This document shows, piece after piece, positions 38,591-47,584 of a stretch of DNA of 64,000 bases. How positions within the stretch are numbered: position 1 is the stretch's first letter; the number at the start of each line of letters is the position of its first letter. The position numbers and the translations under genes were made by a program. The stretch lies in the IMG/VR virus record IMGVR_UViG_3300005917_000001; one strand, 5' to 3'. The stretch comes from an uncultured virus (IMG/VR IMGVR_UViG_3300005917_000001) (Duplodnaviria; Heunggongvirae; Uroviricota; Caudoviricetes). The notes under the pieces are model-generated. The model worked only from the letters and a program-made list of their open reading frames with translations, made no database searches and was not told the origin of the DNA.

Positions 38591-39052
38591 CTAAGTCGTT
38601 GCAACCAGGTCCGTCATGTTGGCCTTGGTCTCGGGCATTTGCTGGACCAGAAGCTCCGGTCTGAAATGACCCGTAGGTGTACCGGTCGCGGCAGTCGTCA
38701 ACTGGACAACCACCTCTTCACCCGGTTCCAGGACCGTGCCTACGGCCACTTCGTCGTACAGCACCTTGCCCTGGGCCGTGGTGCCCATGATAAAGTGGGC
38801 GATATCCGCGGCGCCCCGGGACCCGTCCGACCCCAATGTGGGCCGTTTGTCAAAATCCACCACGGGCGTGGTAGAGCTGCCGGCGCAAACCTCGGTGACA
38901 GCGAGCTGCGCCCTCACAACCTGGCACTTGAACGGTACATGAAACACTCCCACATCCGCAGCACCCTGATCACAATCGACACCTAAGGCATCGTCGTAAT
39001 CAACAAACAGATCCAGCGGAAGGGGTATCGTTAAATCGCTTCGTAACGTCAT
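38591..39052 (-). CDS. Capsid decoration/cement protein candidate
   Basis: Beta-rich ORF directly after the major capsid gene. Confidence 0.55.
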   Translation of the reverse strand: MTLRSDLTIPLPLDLFVDYDDALGVDCDQGAADVGVFHVPFKCQVVRAQLAVTEVCAGSSTTPVVDFDKRPTLGSDGSRGAADIAHFIMGTTAQGKVLYDEVAVGTVLEPGEEVVVQLTTAATGTPTGHFRPELLVQQMPETKANMTDLVATT

Positions 39053-39072
39053 GATAAAATTCCTCCGTAATT

Positions 39073-39151
39073 TTAGTTATTCGTTATCCGTTAATTGTTA
39101 TTTGTTCCGGTTACCGGCTATCCGCTTTCCGAATAACCGATAACCAATAAC
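39073..39151. repeat. Inverted heptamer arrays
   Basis: Near copy of 38484-38587, with an identical 25-bp RBS region. Confidence 0.85.
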
Positions 39152-39155
39152 CTGC

Positions 39156-40127
39156 CTAAGAGCTTGAAATCCTCACGATCCTGGCCAGCCGGTCGGTGTT
39201 CACGGGAAACTTTACCCCGAAGGCCACGGTCCCGATCCAGGCAACCGCATGACGCCGGCCGAAATCCGCATTGGCGTTCGGCATGGCTCTCAGATGCGGA
39301 AACTCTATCTCGATCCGGGCAACCGCGTCCCTGCCGAAAATCACACCCTCGCCGAGGACGGAACCGGTACCGACCGAATTGCTAAGGGCCGACTCGTTGT
39401 TGACTTCAATCATCCGCACGGACTCTATCTGGCCGATCTCGCCCCGATAGAGATGATCCCCTTTGCGGAGATACATATTCCAGGCCTCGATCACACGGTC
39501 GTCACGCAGACCCCGGAGGGCCTTGGTGGACATTAAACCGATATAATGCTCGCCCTCGTAAAAGGGGACGTGCAGGTCCTTGACCATATAATCCCGGATG
39601 GTGGAGATGTGATGCTTGGTCACATTGACCAGACCTGCTGTGGATGCCGTGCCGTCCGTGTCCCATGTCCCGCCCGTAAGACTGGTGGGGATGAAAATCA
39701 CCTTGGCATCGGTCCCGGTAAACTCCGTGGCCGCGGCCACATCCATGGCCTGGTTCATCTGGTCGATCAGGGCCTCCTGTGCGCCCTGCTTGGGATCGAA
39801 CTTGGAAAGCTGACGCGCCAGGTCGGTGTACTCAACACCCCGGCCCCATTCCTTGATGGTGATATCCTGCTTTCCCATGGTGAGCTGATCGATCGGCACC
39901 CTTGTGGTCTCTTCCAACTGGGCCGATGTGGGATCAGATAAGGGTTTATAATATACAAGGGTAATACTCTCGCCCTTGCCCTTGCCGAATGAATCCTCCT
40001 TTTTGGTAAACGGCACAAACTTCCACTGCCTGGCCGCCACCTTCAGGAGTTTTCCCGACAGATGGTGGTTCTTATAGACGCCGGTCTGGGCGTCAAATTC
40101 CCACGTAAACGTAGCTTCGGTAGACAT
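39156..40127 (-). CDS. Major capsid protein (N4-gp56-like)
   Basis: KGKGESIT, KEWG, GEIG...VR, DFGR...VAW motifs; follows the scaffold. Confidence 0.85.
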   Translation of the reverse strand: MSTEATFTWEFDAQTGVYKNHHLSGKLLKVAARQWKFVPFTKKEDSFGKGKGESITLVYYKPLSDPTSAQLEETTRVPIDQLTMGKQDITIKEWGRGVEYTDLARQLSKFDPKQGAQEALIDQMNQAMDVAAATEFTGTDAKVIFIPTSLTGGTWDTDGTASTAGLVNVTKHHISTIRDYMVKDLHVPFYEGEHYIGLMSTKALRGLRDDRVIEAWNMYLRKGDHLYRGEIGQIESVRMIEVNNESALSNSVGTGSVLGEGVIFGRDAVARIEIEFPHLRAMPNANADFGRRHAVAWIGTVAFGVKFPVNTDRLARIVRISSS

Positions 40128-40145
40128 TTTCTACATCCTCCGTAT

Positions 40146-40213
40146 GTGCGCATAGCGGTAAGCGCATGGCGCATGGCAAAACTGCTCTGCGCTCTGCGCT
40201 ATGCTCTCTGCGC
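40146..40213. repeat. Inverted heptamer arrays (RGCGCAT / TGCGCTC)
   Basis: 7-bp periodicity between the scaffold and capsid genes. Confidence 0.75.
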
Positions 40214-41311
40214 TTAGAGCATCCTTTCTTCCATAACGTCGTCGAGGGCGTCATTGAGTGTCACGGCCTTGGGCTTCGAGGGTTTCTCTTCGCTCCGATC
40301 GGCCGCGGACGTACCGAGAGGCAAATTCTCCTCCTGGTGTTCATCGCTCTTCTTCTCTGCCGCCTTCTTCAGACGCTCCTGGAAGCGCTGCTCCTGTTTT
40401 GAGTGATAATCCTTGGTCTGCTGTACGGCGAAATCTATCTGCTCGTCAAAAGAGAGCTTTTGGCCGTCCGGGCCTTCGGTAGGGGTAAAGCTGCAGGCCA
40501 TCCGGAAATAATCGTCATCCGGATCGATCCCTGCGGTCTTAGCCTGGTCTTTCACTGCCTCCCAGACGGTTCCCTCGCTCTCGCCCGACGGGGTCTCTTC
40601 GGCTTTCGCCGCGCCCGCTTCGCCTTCCGCCATGCTCTCTGCGCCCTGCGCCCTGCGCTTAATATCAACCGCCGAGTCTTTCTCGGCCCAGATCCGGGAT
40701 ACTTTGTTACGGTAAGTCTCGTCCTCCGGATCCAGATCGTCGATTTTGACCAAGGCCTTCTCGTGCTCCTCGGTCATAAAATCCAGCAGATTCTTATCGT
40801 CCTGTTCCTGTGTTACCCTCTGTTTTTCCGCGTCTCGAGCCTTATCGAGTTCCTGTCTCAACCGGGCGGCCTCCTGCTCGACCTTAGAGGCCTTTGCCTG
40901 AATATGCCGGTAACCGGTCTCAGCGTCTTCCTGACTCTTAAAACGGAGTGGTTTTTTACCTTCATCCGGCGTCTTCTCTTTGTCCTGAGTTCCCGCCGCA
41001 TCCTCTTCCTTTTTCTTTCCATCCGGCGTCTCTTCTTTGTCCTGAGTTCCCGCCGCATCCTCTTCCTTTTTCTCTCCGTCCGGCGTCTCTTCTTTGTCCT
41101 GAGTTCCCGCCGCATCCTTTTCCTTTTTCGGAGGGCTGTCCTGATCATCGGATTTCGGGGTAATGGTCGCTTTTTTCTGCTCTGCGCTTTCCGCTATGCG
41201 CTCTGCGCCTTCTTCCCGGGCCGCCTCAACGAGTTCTCCCTGGAATTTATCCATGCCGTCCACCATCGCCTGATCCAGATCCAGCGTAGTCTCCTCTTTC
41301 TCTGTTCCCAT
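40214..41311 (-). CDS. Scaffolding protein
   Basis: Acidic and helical; three 20-aa repeats DAAGTQDKEETPDG at about 40964-41128. Confidence 0.75.
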   Translation of the reverse strand: MGTEKEETTLDLDQAMVDGMDKFQGELVEAAREEGAERIAESAEQKKATITPKSDDQDSPPKKEKDAAGTQDKEETPDGEKKEEDAAGTQDKEETPDGKKKEEDAAGTQDKEKTPDEGKKPLRFKSQEDAETGYRHIQAKASKVEQEAARLRQELDKARDAEKQRVTQEQDDKNLLDFMTEEHEKALVKIDDLDPEDETYRNKVSRIWAEKDSAVDIKRRAQGAESMAEGEAGAAKAEETPSGESEGTVWEAVKDQAKTAGIDPDDDYFRMACSFTPTEGPDGQKLSFDEQIDFAVQQTKDYHSKQEQRFQERLKKAAEKKSDEHQEENLPLGTSAADRSEEKPSKPKAVTLNDALDDVMEERML

Positions 41312-41361
41312 AAAAAACCTCCGATTTCCTGTTATTGGTTATTCGATATTGACCGGGGCAT

Positions 41362-41441
41362 AAAAAAAGGCCGATATGGAGTGTATGGACCCCATACGGC
41401 CTTAATTTTGACTCTCAAAGGTGATCAAACCCCTAAAAGCG
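41362..41441 (-). terminator. YTGATC-loop hairpin plus terminator, copy 3
   Basis: ggt-TTGATC-acc; aaggccgtatgggg/ctccatatcggcctt and T-run. Confidence 0.8.
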
Positions 41442-41524
41442 CCCCGTTTTTGATTGACTATTGACTATTGACTATTGAAAAAACTCTGTGTTCTCTGTGC
41501 CTCTGTGAGAGACCTTTTTTAACT

Positions 41525-41851
41525 TTAGGCACTCCCTATCCCCATGTTTGCTTGATACAGCTTATCCACAGCCACCTTGGCCGCATTAAACTTGTGTCCC
41601 ATATCCTTCAGGACCCCGAGATACCCCTGGGCCTCGGGATCATCCTGTATTAATTGCAGCAGCCGGTGTTCCAACCGGGTCAGCAATAGATCCTTAAACC
41701 GCTCTCCCTCTTCGGAAACCCCCAGGGCCAGATCCTCGGCCTGGGCTCGCAGTTCCGCCTCGGACTGTGCCTTGCGGCTCGCCCGGCGCTCCGGGTCTGC
41801 CTGCTGTTTGGGCCGCAGACTCACCACATCCACCTTAGCTCCTGATTCCAT
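41525..41851 (-). CDS. Hypothetical protein downstream of portal
   Basis: Helical 108-aa ORF with GGAGG RBS. Confidence 0.7.
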   Translation of the reverse strand: MESGAKVDVVSLRPKQQADPERRASRKAQSEAELRAQAEDLALGVSEEGERFKDLLLTRLEHRLLQLIQDDPEAQGYLGVLKDMGHKFNAAKVAVDKLYQANMGIGSA

Positions 41852-41865
41852 TGCAGCCCTCCGGG

Positions 41866-42020
41866 CTGGTTATTAGTTATTAGTTATTGGTTATTAGTTA
41901 TTTGTAAAAACTCTGTGATCTCTGTGTGCTCTGTGAGAGAAAATCTTTTAAACTTCGCCGTTCCTGCTGCGCCTTCGCCGTTCCTGCTGCGCCTTCGCCG
42001 GTGGCCCTGCTGCGAGAGAC
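41866..42020. repeat. Composite intergenic module
   Basis: TTATTAG array, CTCTGTG arm, CCTTCGCC repeats; near copy of 44742-44875. Confidence 0.85.
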
Positions 42021-42040
42021 TTTTTCCCTTCATTCAAAAT

Positions 42041-43945
42041 TCAATGTTCGACGTTCGTCTTTTTAGCGTTCGTCTCTTCCTTCCCCTCCAGCTTCTCCGC
42101 CAGATCCACCACCCCTTTCAGATCCTCCACTTCCTGGGCATCCGCCGCCGCTTCCTTTGCCTCTGCCTCTTCCTTTGCCACAACCTGTGCGATCTGTTTT
42201 GCCTCATCCTTGGAAACAAGCACACCCTCGTCATTCAAATTCACCCTCTCCACAATCGATTCCAGGGTCTTGAACGGCAAAATATACGGCGCAAATCTTG
42301 GCTTCTCGGCCAGCGGCACGATAATCTCCTGCAGCGCCTTCAGGGTCTCGTTTTCCTTCATAAGCGCCTGTATGCCGCTCACATGAAAAGATCCGTCAAA
42401 GACCGGCACACCCGTTACCCCGTTTGCGGCTTCAGGGTTGGGGGCTATTCCGTATTCAAGCAACTCGTCCGCGCTGAAGATCCGGGCGTAATCCTGATAT
42501 CCCGCGTGGGTTCCGATGATCTCCAGCCCTGCATCTATCCCCTGAATAGCCCCGCGTTCGATATTTTCGCCCATAAGCGAGTAGACACCCATGGCCTGGT
42601 CGAGATTCTGCGCCGACTCGCGGGCGGTCATATCCTGCCGGTATCCCGGGAGACCCTGGACCGCGTCGGTCACAAACGACCCCCGCTGAAACTGCTGGTC
42701 GTGATACTGCACACTGGCAAGCACATCATTGATCCGGCTGCGCCGCTGCACCTCGCGCACGGCCTGCTGACCGCTGATCGTATCCTTTACCGCGTAGGTC
42801 TTGCCGGGCCATGACTCCACATCGGTCGGGTCCACCAGGGCATCTACATTGACCTCCGTGGGCGGGTTGACAAGCCACTGGAGGCGATCCTGCTGAAGAC
42901 ACATTGAGGTGTTTATGGCCTCCCACACACTCAAAACCCCTTCGAGAAGACCTCTGCCCCCGAATGCGAGAAGACCCGGCAGCGCTGAAAAAGAGATACC
43001 CGGCCATCTGAGCCGTTTATAGGGAACGCTTTTAGGTTTCTGGATGACACGGTTTCCGGCCACGGTATAGGTTGCCCTGGGCAGCAGAACCTCACCTTTG
43101 GGATCCAGGATGATCCCCCAGAACTCGGAGGTGAGTATCAATTTCCGGAACTTCGACCGCTCCCAGATCATATTCTTACGGGCCGAGATCGCATCTTTTG
43201 TCATAAAGGGATTCTGTGGGTCTTCGCCGTCCGTTTCCTTGGCCCGGGCCACGTCAAAATAGCGGCCCGACTTCTCGCCCTTGAGCAGTACAAAATAATC
43301 GAGCCATTCCTGGTGTATCCAGTAGATCCCCGATTGGCAGTCACGGGCCAGGGCATCCGGGTCGCGCTGTATCTTCCACGGTTCCACTAAGGCGAATTCC
43401 AGCCCCTTGCCGGGTACCCAGCGGGGGATCATCTCAAGACTGACGCCCACGGCCAGACCCATGGTCACGGCATCGGTGAACCGGATCACAAAATCGGAGT
43501 GGGTGCTGTTAAGATGTCTCTCCATGACCTTCTGGTGGAAATCGGCCGCCGTCTTATTGGTGGCGTTCTCCACACTCAGATAATTGGGGGAAAACGCCTT
43601 TTTGACTGCCGCGGCGCCGTACTGGACCGTCTGGAACGGTTTGGGCGCCACATACCGCGACTGCCAATCTTCCTTGTCCGCGTAAGACTCGGGCTCGTTT
43701 TCGTGATAAACATTCCAGCAATCGTTCTGGATCCTGCGTATCCGGGCCTGGGCCTTGACCGACTGCTGGATACAGTCGTTGCAATAGTCCACAAAATGCT
43801 GCTCGTTCTCGCCCGCATAGGCCCGGGCCGCCCCTTCCCGCTCCTTCAGCTCCTGGTCATCACGTACCTTGAACGGAGAAAGGGTATCCATCTCCCGTTT
43901 CCGGTTCAAAAGCTCAAATTGTGGATCCGCCATTTTTATCGGCAT
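42041..43945 (-). CDS. Portal protein
   Basis: 634 aa; downstream of terminase; podovirus-type size with ALVEPW...DP and FGGRG segments. Confidence 0.8.
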   Translation of the reverse strand: MPIKMADPQFELLNRKREMDTLSPFKVRDDQELKEREGAARAYAGENEQHFVDYCNDCIQQSVKAQARIRRIQNDCWNVYHENEPESYADKEDWQSRYVAPKPFQTVQYGAAAVKKAFSPNYLSVENATNKTAADFHQKVMERHLNSTHSDFVIRFTDAVTMGLAVGVSLEMIPRWVPGKGLEFALVEPWKIQRDPDALARDCQSGIYWIHQEWLDYFVLLKGEKSGRYFDVARAKETDGEDPQNPFMTKDAISARKNMIWERSKFRKLILTSEFWGIILDPKGEVLLPRATYTVAGNRVIQKPKSVPYKRLRWPGISFSALPGLLAFGGRGLLEGVLSVWEAINTSMCLQQDRLQWLVNPPTEVNVDALVDPTDVESWPGKTYAVKDTISGQQAVREVQRRSRINDVLASVQYHDQQFQRGSFVTDAVQGLPGYRQDMTARESAQNLDQAMGVYSLMGENIERGAIQGIDAGLEIIGTHAGYQDYARIFSADELLEYGIAPNPEAANGVTGVPVFDGSFHVSGIQALMKENETLKALQEIIVPLAEKPRFAPYILPFKTLESIVERVNLNDEGVLVSKDEAKQIAQVVAKEEAEAKEAAADAQEVEDLKGVVDLAEKLEGKEETNAKKTNVEH

Positions 43946-43962
43946 GGTTCAGTCTCCAAACC

Positions 43963-44078
43963 TACCTCTCGCAAAGATACAAAGTTTAAAAGATTTTCTC
44001 TCACAGAGGACACAGAGGACACAGAGAAAAGATTTATAAATAAAAGACTCTGTGATCTCTGCGGTCTCTGTGAGAGAC
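43963..44078. repeat. CACAGAG palindrome
   Basis: Standard arms. Confidence 0.85.
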
Positions 44079-44140
44079 TTTTTTTCCCTTCATTTATCAT
44101 CGGAGTCTTCGCTTACCTCGGTTATTCGTTATTCGATTGT

Positions 44141-44419
44141 TCAGTCCGCATTCGGCACTGTGCGCGGTTTCGCCTGTATCTTCACCCGGGATAAAATCCC
44201 GGTGGTCCCCCCCACAGTCATCTCGGCAATCATCATACAGTCATACGCACTGCAAGCCCTGTTAATCTCGGCCAAACACTTCTCTTCCCTCATCTTGTCA
44301 TCACCCACAATCATCTTCGGGCCACCCGCCGCCATAGCCGCATCCTGCATCGTCTTGAAATCCTTACTATTGTCCACACCCATCCTCCTCATTCCCTTCT
44401 TAATCGATCGTTTAGCCAC
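44141..44419 (-). CDS. Hypothetical protein
   Basis: Start reassigned to GTG after GGAGG; upstream extension is a TTGATTG array. Confidence 0.55.
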   Translation of the reverse strand: MAKRSIKKGMRRMGVDNSKDFKTMQDAAMAAGGPKMIVGDDKMREEKCLAEINRACSAYDCMMIAEMTVGGTTGILSRVKIQAKPRTVPNAD

Positions 44420-44465
44420 CTGTTTCCTCCACCCCTTTCGATTGTTGATTGTTGATTGTTGATTG

Positions 44466-44726
44466 CTAAATCCGCGCGCCCAACGCATTCGGAAATATCC
44501 GGTCAAAATTCGCCTTGTACGGCCTGCTCACTCTCCCCGGCGCCCAGTCCTCACTCCTGGACTTACAGCCGGCATGGCAGCCCCGGGGATCCGGCTCGCC
44601 ATTATGCCCCTCATCCGGAAAGGTCTCGGCCCCGCAGTCCTTACACTTAAAGATCTCATTCTTCTCACCCTCCTGATCATAGGGCCCCCCCTCCGTCATC
44701 TCCCAATACCTGTCGTACTTCCCCAT
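44466..44726 (-). CDS. Small Cys/His protein
   Basis: CKDC...H...CHAGC; C-terminal YKANFDRIF. Confidence 0.65.
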   Translation of the reverse strand: MGKYDRYWEMTEGGPYDQEGEKNEIFKCKDCGAETFPDEGHNGEPDPRGCHAGCKSRSEDWAPGRVSRPYKANFDRIFPNALGARI

Positions 44727-44741
44727 TGCAGCCCTCCGGGC

Positions 44742-44875
44742 TGGTTATTAGTTATTAGTTATTAGTTATTCGTAAAAACTCTGTGATCTCTGTGTGCTCT
44801 GTGAGAGCCTTTTTTTCCCTTTGCGCCTTCGCCGTTCCTGCTGCGCCTTCGCCGGTGTCCCTGCTGCGAGAGACT
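44742..44875. repeat. Composite intergenic module
   Basis: About 85 bp including the RBS near-identical to 41849-41940. Confidence 0.85.
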
Positions 44876-44894
44876 TTTTCCCTAATCATCAATC

Positions 44895-46364
44895 CTACCC
44901 CACCGCTCTCATCCCAACCCTCGATCGGCCCCCGTAATTCCCTCCGCGATAAGACCGCGCCAACTTCGTCTTTTTCATCTTCTCTTCAAGACTGAGTCTT
45001 TTATTTTTCGGCAACTTGACATACGGAAATAGCACACTCACCATGTACGCAAACGCATCGCCCGGATGCGAAAACTTGTCCTTGACAGGCAGGGTACCCA
45101 CGATGTTTCCGGAATTATCTTTTTTCCAGTGCCAGCCGCCGTTGAGGGCGCGGTGAAGCAGGTATGCCGACTTTGAAATAAAAATCCTGGGGGAGCCGTC
45201 TGTGGCAGACATGAGAAGTGAGGTTTTGAGTGGATCGATCCGCGATACCCATCGGGTGGGTCCCGGTTCAAAACGGGTCTTGAGCATACGCTCCACCCGT
45301 TTGGACGCCGACTCGATCCGGGTGGACTGGTCCGGGGTCCGCATGGTCAGATCGCCGATATCCCGCCAGTCAAAAATATTATTCTTGTACTTATTATTCT
45401 TGTACTTGGGGCTGTTGAGCAGGGGTTCGACCTTCTCCGCGATTAATTCCTTAACCCCGATATTATCGCCCGCACACACATCATGTATCCACAGCTTGCC
45501 TGGCGGTACAAACTGACCGATAACACAACAGGGGCTATGCCAACCGTCCCAGCCGCGTACACCGATACCGCCCCTGACCACCGGTAAAACCGTGTCTCTA
45601 CTGAAATGTTTCAGGGGGTTATACTCGGGTGTGACCTTCTTCCCCCTCATCACCGGGGCGGCCCGGCCCTCGATATACCGAGCCTTCTTTCCCGGGTCCC
45701 TGCTGAATGCGGCAATATGGGCGGCCCTGGCCTGGGGGTTTAAAAACTTGTTTTCGCGGTATTTAATACGATAGATTTCTTTGTGGATCTCAAACCCGGT
45801 CTCCGGATCAACTGCAAGGATATCCGGTCCGGCGGCTAATTCCTCGGTCCAGTGATCCTCATCCGCCGGGTTCTGGGTGATCTGCAATCTCATCAGGGTA
45901 CCCTTCTGCCGGGCGGCCCTGGCAAGGGCCATCTCAAACACCTCGTATGGGAGACCCGCATTCGCCTTCTCAATAATAGGCGCGGGTTCTTCAAGCCAGA
46001 TCACCGAGTACTGCGGGCCTTGTAATTTTGACAGGGAGGCCTCGTCATCGATACCGAAGCAGTCCATCTCCACCCTCGGGGTGGAATGGATGATCATCTT
46101 TTTGTCGTCGTCGTGAAATGAAACCCGGGACCCGAACATCTCCCTGATGTCGGGCGCCGTGGATATCTTGATATTCTGGTGGGTGTCCCTGACAAGTGCG
46201 CCTCTTATAGGCCGCCCGCATCTCGCAGCATGACGGACCAGGGCGATTGCCCCGGCGAATGTCTTACCCTCGCCCATTGGACCCATAAGCATGACCACCT
46301 CTGCAGCGGAATGCACAAAGGCGTCCTGGGTCTCGGAGAGTTCCACAAACCAGCCGTCAGCCAT
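44895..46364 (-). CDS. terL: Terminase large subunit
   Basis: GPMGEGKT Walker A, IWLEE Walker B, TQNP, nuclease GWDG...SHPGDAFAY; start reassigned to MADGW. Confidence 0.93.
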   Translation of the reverse strand: MADGWFVELSETQDAFVHSAAEVVMLMGPMGEGKTFAGAIALVRHAARCGRPIRGALVRDTHQNIKISTAPDIREMFGSRVSFHDDDKKMIIHSTPRVEMDCFGIDDEASLSKLQGPQYSVIWLEEPAPIIEKANAGLPYEVFEMALARAARQKGTLMRLQITQNPADEDHWTEELAAGPDILAVDPETGFEIHKEIYRIKYRENKFLNPQARAAHIAAFSRDPGKKARYIEGRAAPVMRGKKVTPEYNPLKHFSRDTVLPVVRGGIGVRGWDGWHSPCCVIGQFVPPGKLWIHDVCAGDNIGVKELIAEKVEPLLNSPKYKNNKYKNNIFDWRDIGDLTMRTPDQSTRIESASKRVERMLKTRFEPGPTRWVSRIDPLKTSLLMSATDGSPRIFISKSAYLLHRALNGGWHWKKDNSGNIVGTLPVKDKFSHPGDAFAYMVSVLFPYVKLPKNKRLSLEEKMKKTKLARSYRGGNYGGRSRVGMRAVG

Positions 46365-47022
46365 CCTTCTTGCTCCCGACGATATAGGGTTTGTATGTTG
46401 AATGGTCTTCCTTGTTGTCTTCCGGACGTTTGCCGCCCGTGCGATCCACGATATAGATCGGGCTCTTTCCCTCATCGTCTAATAATCCGGCCTGTCTCAA
46501 CTTCAGATCGATGATCTTGATGGCCGTGTTCATAGCCTTGTCCCGCTGTAACTGGAGCCGGTCCTCCCGGGCCATATAGATCAGGCATTCCCGGATGATC
46601 TTTCTGACCAGGACATCGATATCCTCGTCTTTGCCCGTAAAATACGTGTCTGAAATTAGCATCCACCGCCACAACTGCACTTTCCCCATGATAGCGACTG
46701 CGGCATCGGCCATCCGGTCTACCCGGTCCTTACCCGCCTCCCTGGCCCACTCAAGGCACTGGCCCTCCATCTCTTCGAGGGCCTTCAGGTCCTCAGGCAC
46801 CACCCTGTCCACATGGTCGCGGATGGTCTTAAACGCCTCATCCGTGGCCGCATTGCGGACCTTGCCCACATAACGGGCAATGGACGACTCGGACACCTTT
46901 GCATCCGGGTTTTCGATCTTGACCTGGGCCGCGATCCGCCGGGCAGAAAGCCCTTCGGTCACCAGCTCCTGAATCCGCCTGTCAAGCCCCATCTGCTCGA
47001 TCTTGGTCCGTCTGTTGGCCAT
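46357..47022 (-). CDS. Terminase small subunit candidate
   Basis: N-terminal HTH (GLSARRIA...VSESSIARY); overlaps the terL start. Confidence 0.65.
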   Translation of the reverse strand: MANRRTKIEQMGLDRRIQELVTEGLSARRIAAQVKIENPDAKVSESSIARYVGKVRNAATDEAFKTIRDHVDRVVPEDLKALEEMEGQCLEWAREAGKDRVDRMADAAVAIMGKVQLWRWMLISDTYFTGKDEDIDVLVRKIIRECLIYMAREDRLQLQRDKAMNTAIKIIDLKLRQAGLLDDEGKSPIYIVDRTGGKRPEDNKEDHSTYKPYIVGSKKDG

Positions 47023-47037
47023 GTCGCCTACGGCTCC

Positions 47038-47128
47038 GGTTATTAGTTATCTGTTATTAGTTATTAGTTTTTGCCCTTCATTCATCATTCGATGTTCGAT
47101 GTTCGATGTTCAATGTTCGATATTCGTC
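47038..47128. repeat. TTATTAG and TTCGATG heptamer arrays
   Basis: 7-bp periodicity. Confidence 0.8.
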
Positions 47129-47159
47129 TTCTTAGAGTTCGTCTTTTTAAGCTGCTCAT

Positions 47160-47245
47160 AAAAAAAGCGGCTGTACGGAGAAGCATGGCCCCATACAGCC
47201 GCTTTTAATATCGTTATCCGCCCCCGGGTGATCAACCCGGCACGG
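47160..47245 (-). terminator. YTGATC-loop hairpin plus terminator, copy 4 (late leader)
   Basis: ccgggt-TGATC-acccgg; aagcggctgtatgggg/ctccgtacagccgctt and T-run. Confidence 0.8.
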
Positions 47246-47263
47246 TATTATTCAATTAACATT

Positions 47264-47304
47264 TAAACTCAAAACTCAAAACTCAAAACTCAAAACTCAA
47301 AACT
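47264..47304. repeat. AAAACTC heptamer array
   Basis: About 5-6 units just downstream of the putative late promoter. Confidence 0.85.
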
Positions 47305-47310
47305 GTTTTT

Positions 47311-47319
47311 ATTATAGCA
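47311..47319 (-). promoter_or_regulatory. Putative late promoter (extended -10)
   Basis: TGCTATAAT with no clear -35, upstream of the terminase operon. Confidence 0.55.
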
Positions 47320-47584
47320 CGGGTTTTTGAAACGATAGGCCTACAGGTGGGCAAAAAACCGGCTGGAGGTATTCCCGGCCATTCTCGGGAATTATCGTGG
47401 AAGAAAAAAATGTAGATTTTTAAAAAAAAGACTTGACAAGGGTAAAAAAGAGGGAGTGATGCCTGCCCGCCATCGGCTTCGCCTTCAGGCGAGGCGGGCG
47501 GGATTGTCGATTATTGATTGATGATTGAAGGGCCAAGGGCGCCAAGTTGCGGGTTACGGATTGCGGGTTGGTGGATTAGCCTTG

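Noticed and set aside
40964..41128. 60-bp triple repeat as a mobile element
   Set aside because: Ordinary in-frame repeat in the disordered scaffold N-terminus
26897..44875. CRISPR array
   Set aside because: Repeats are tandem or palindromic with no unique constant-length spacers; no cas genes
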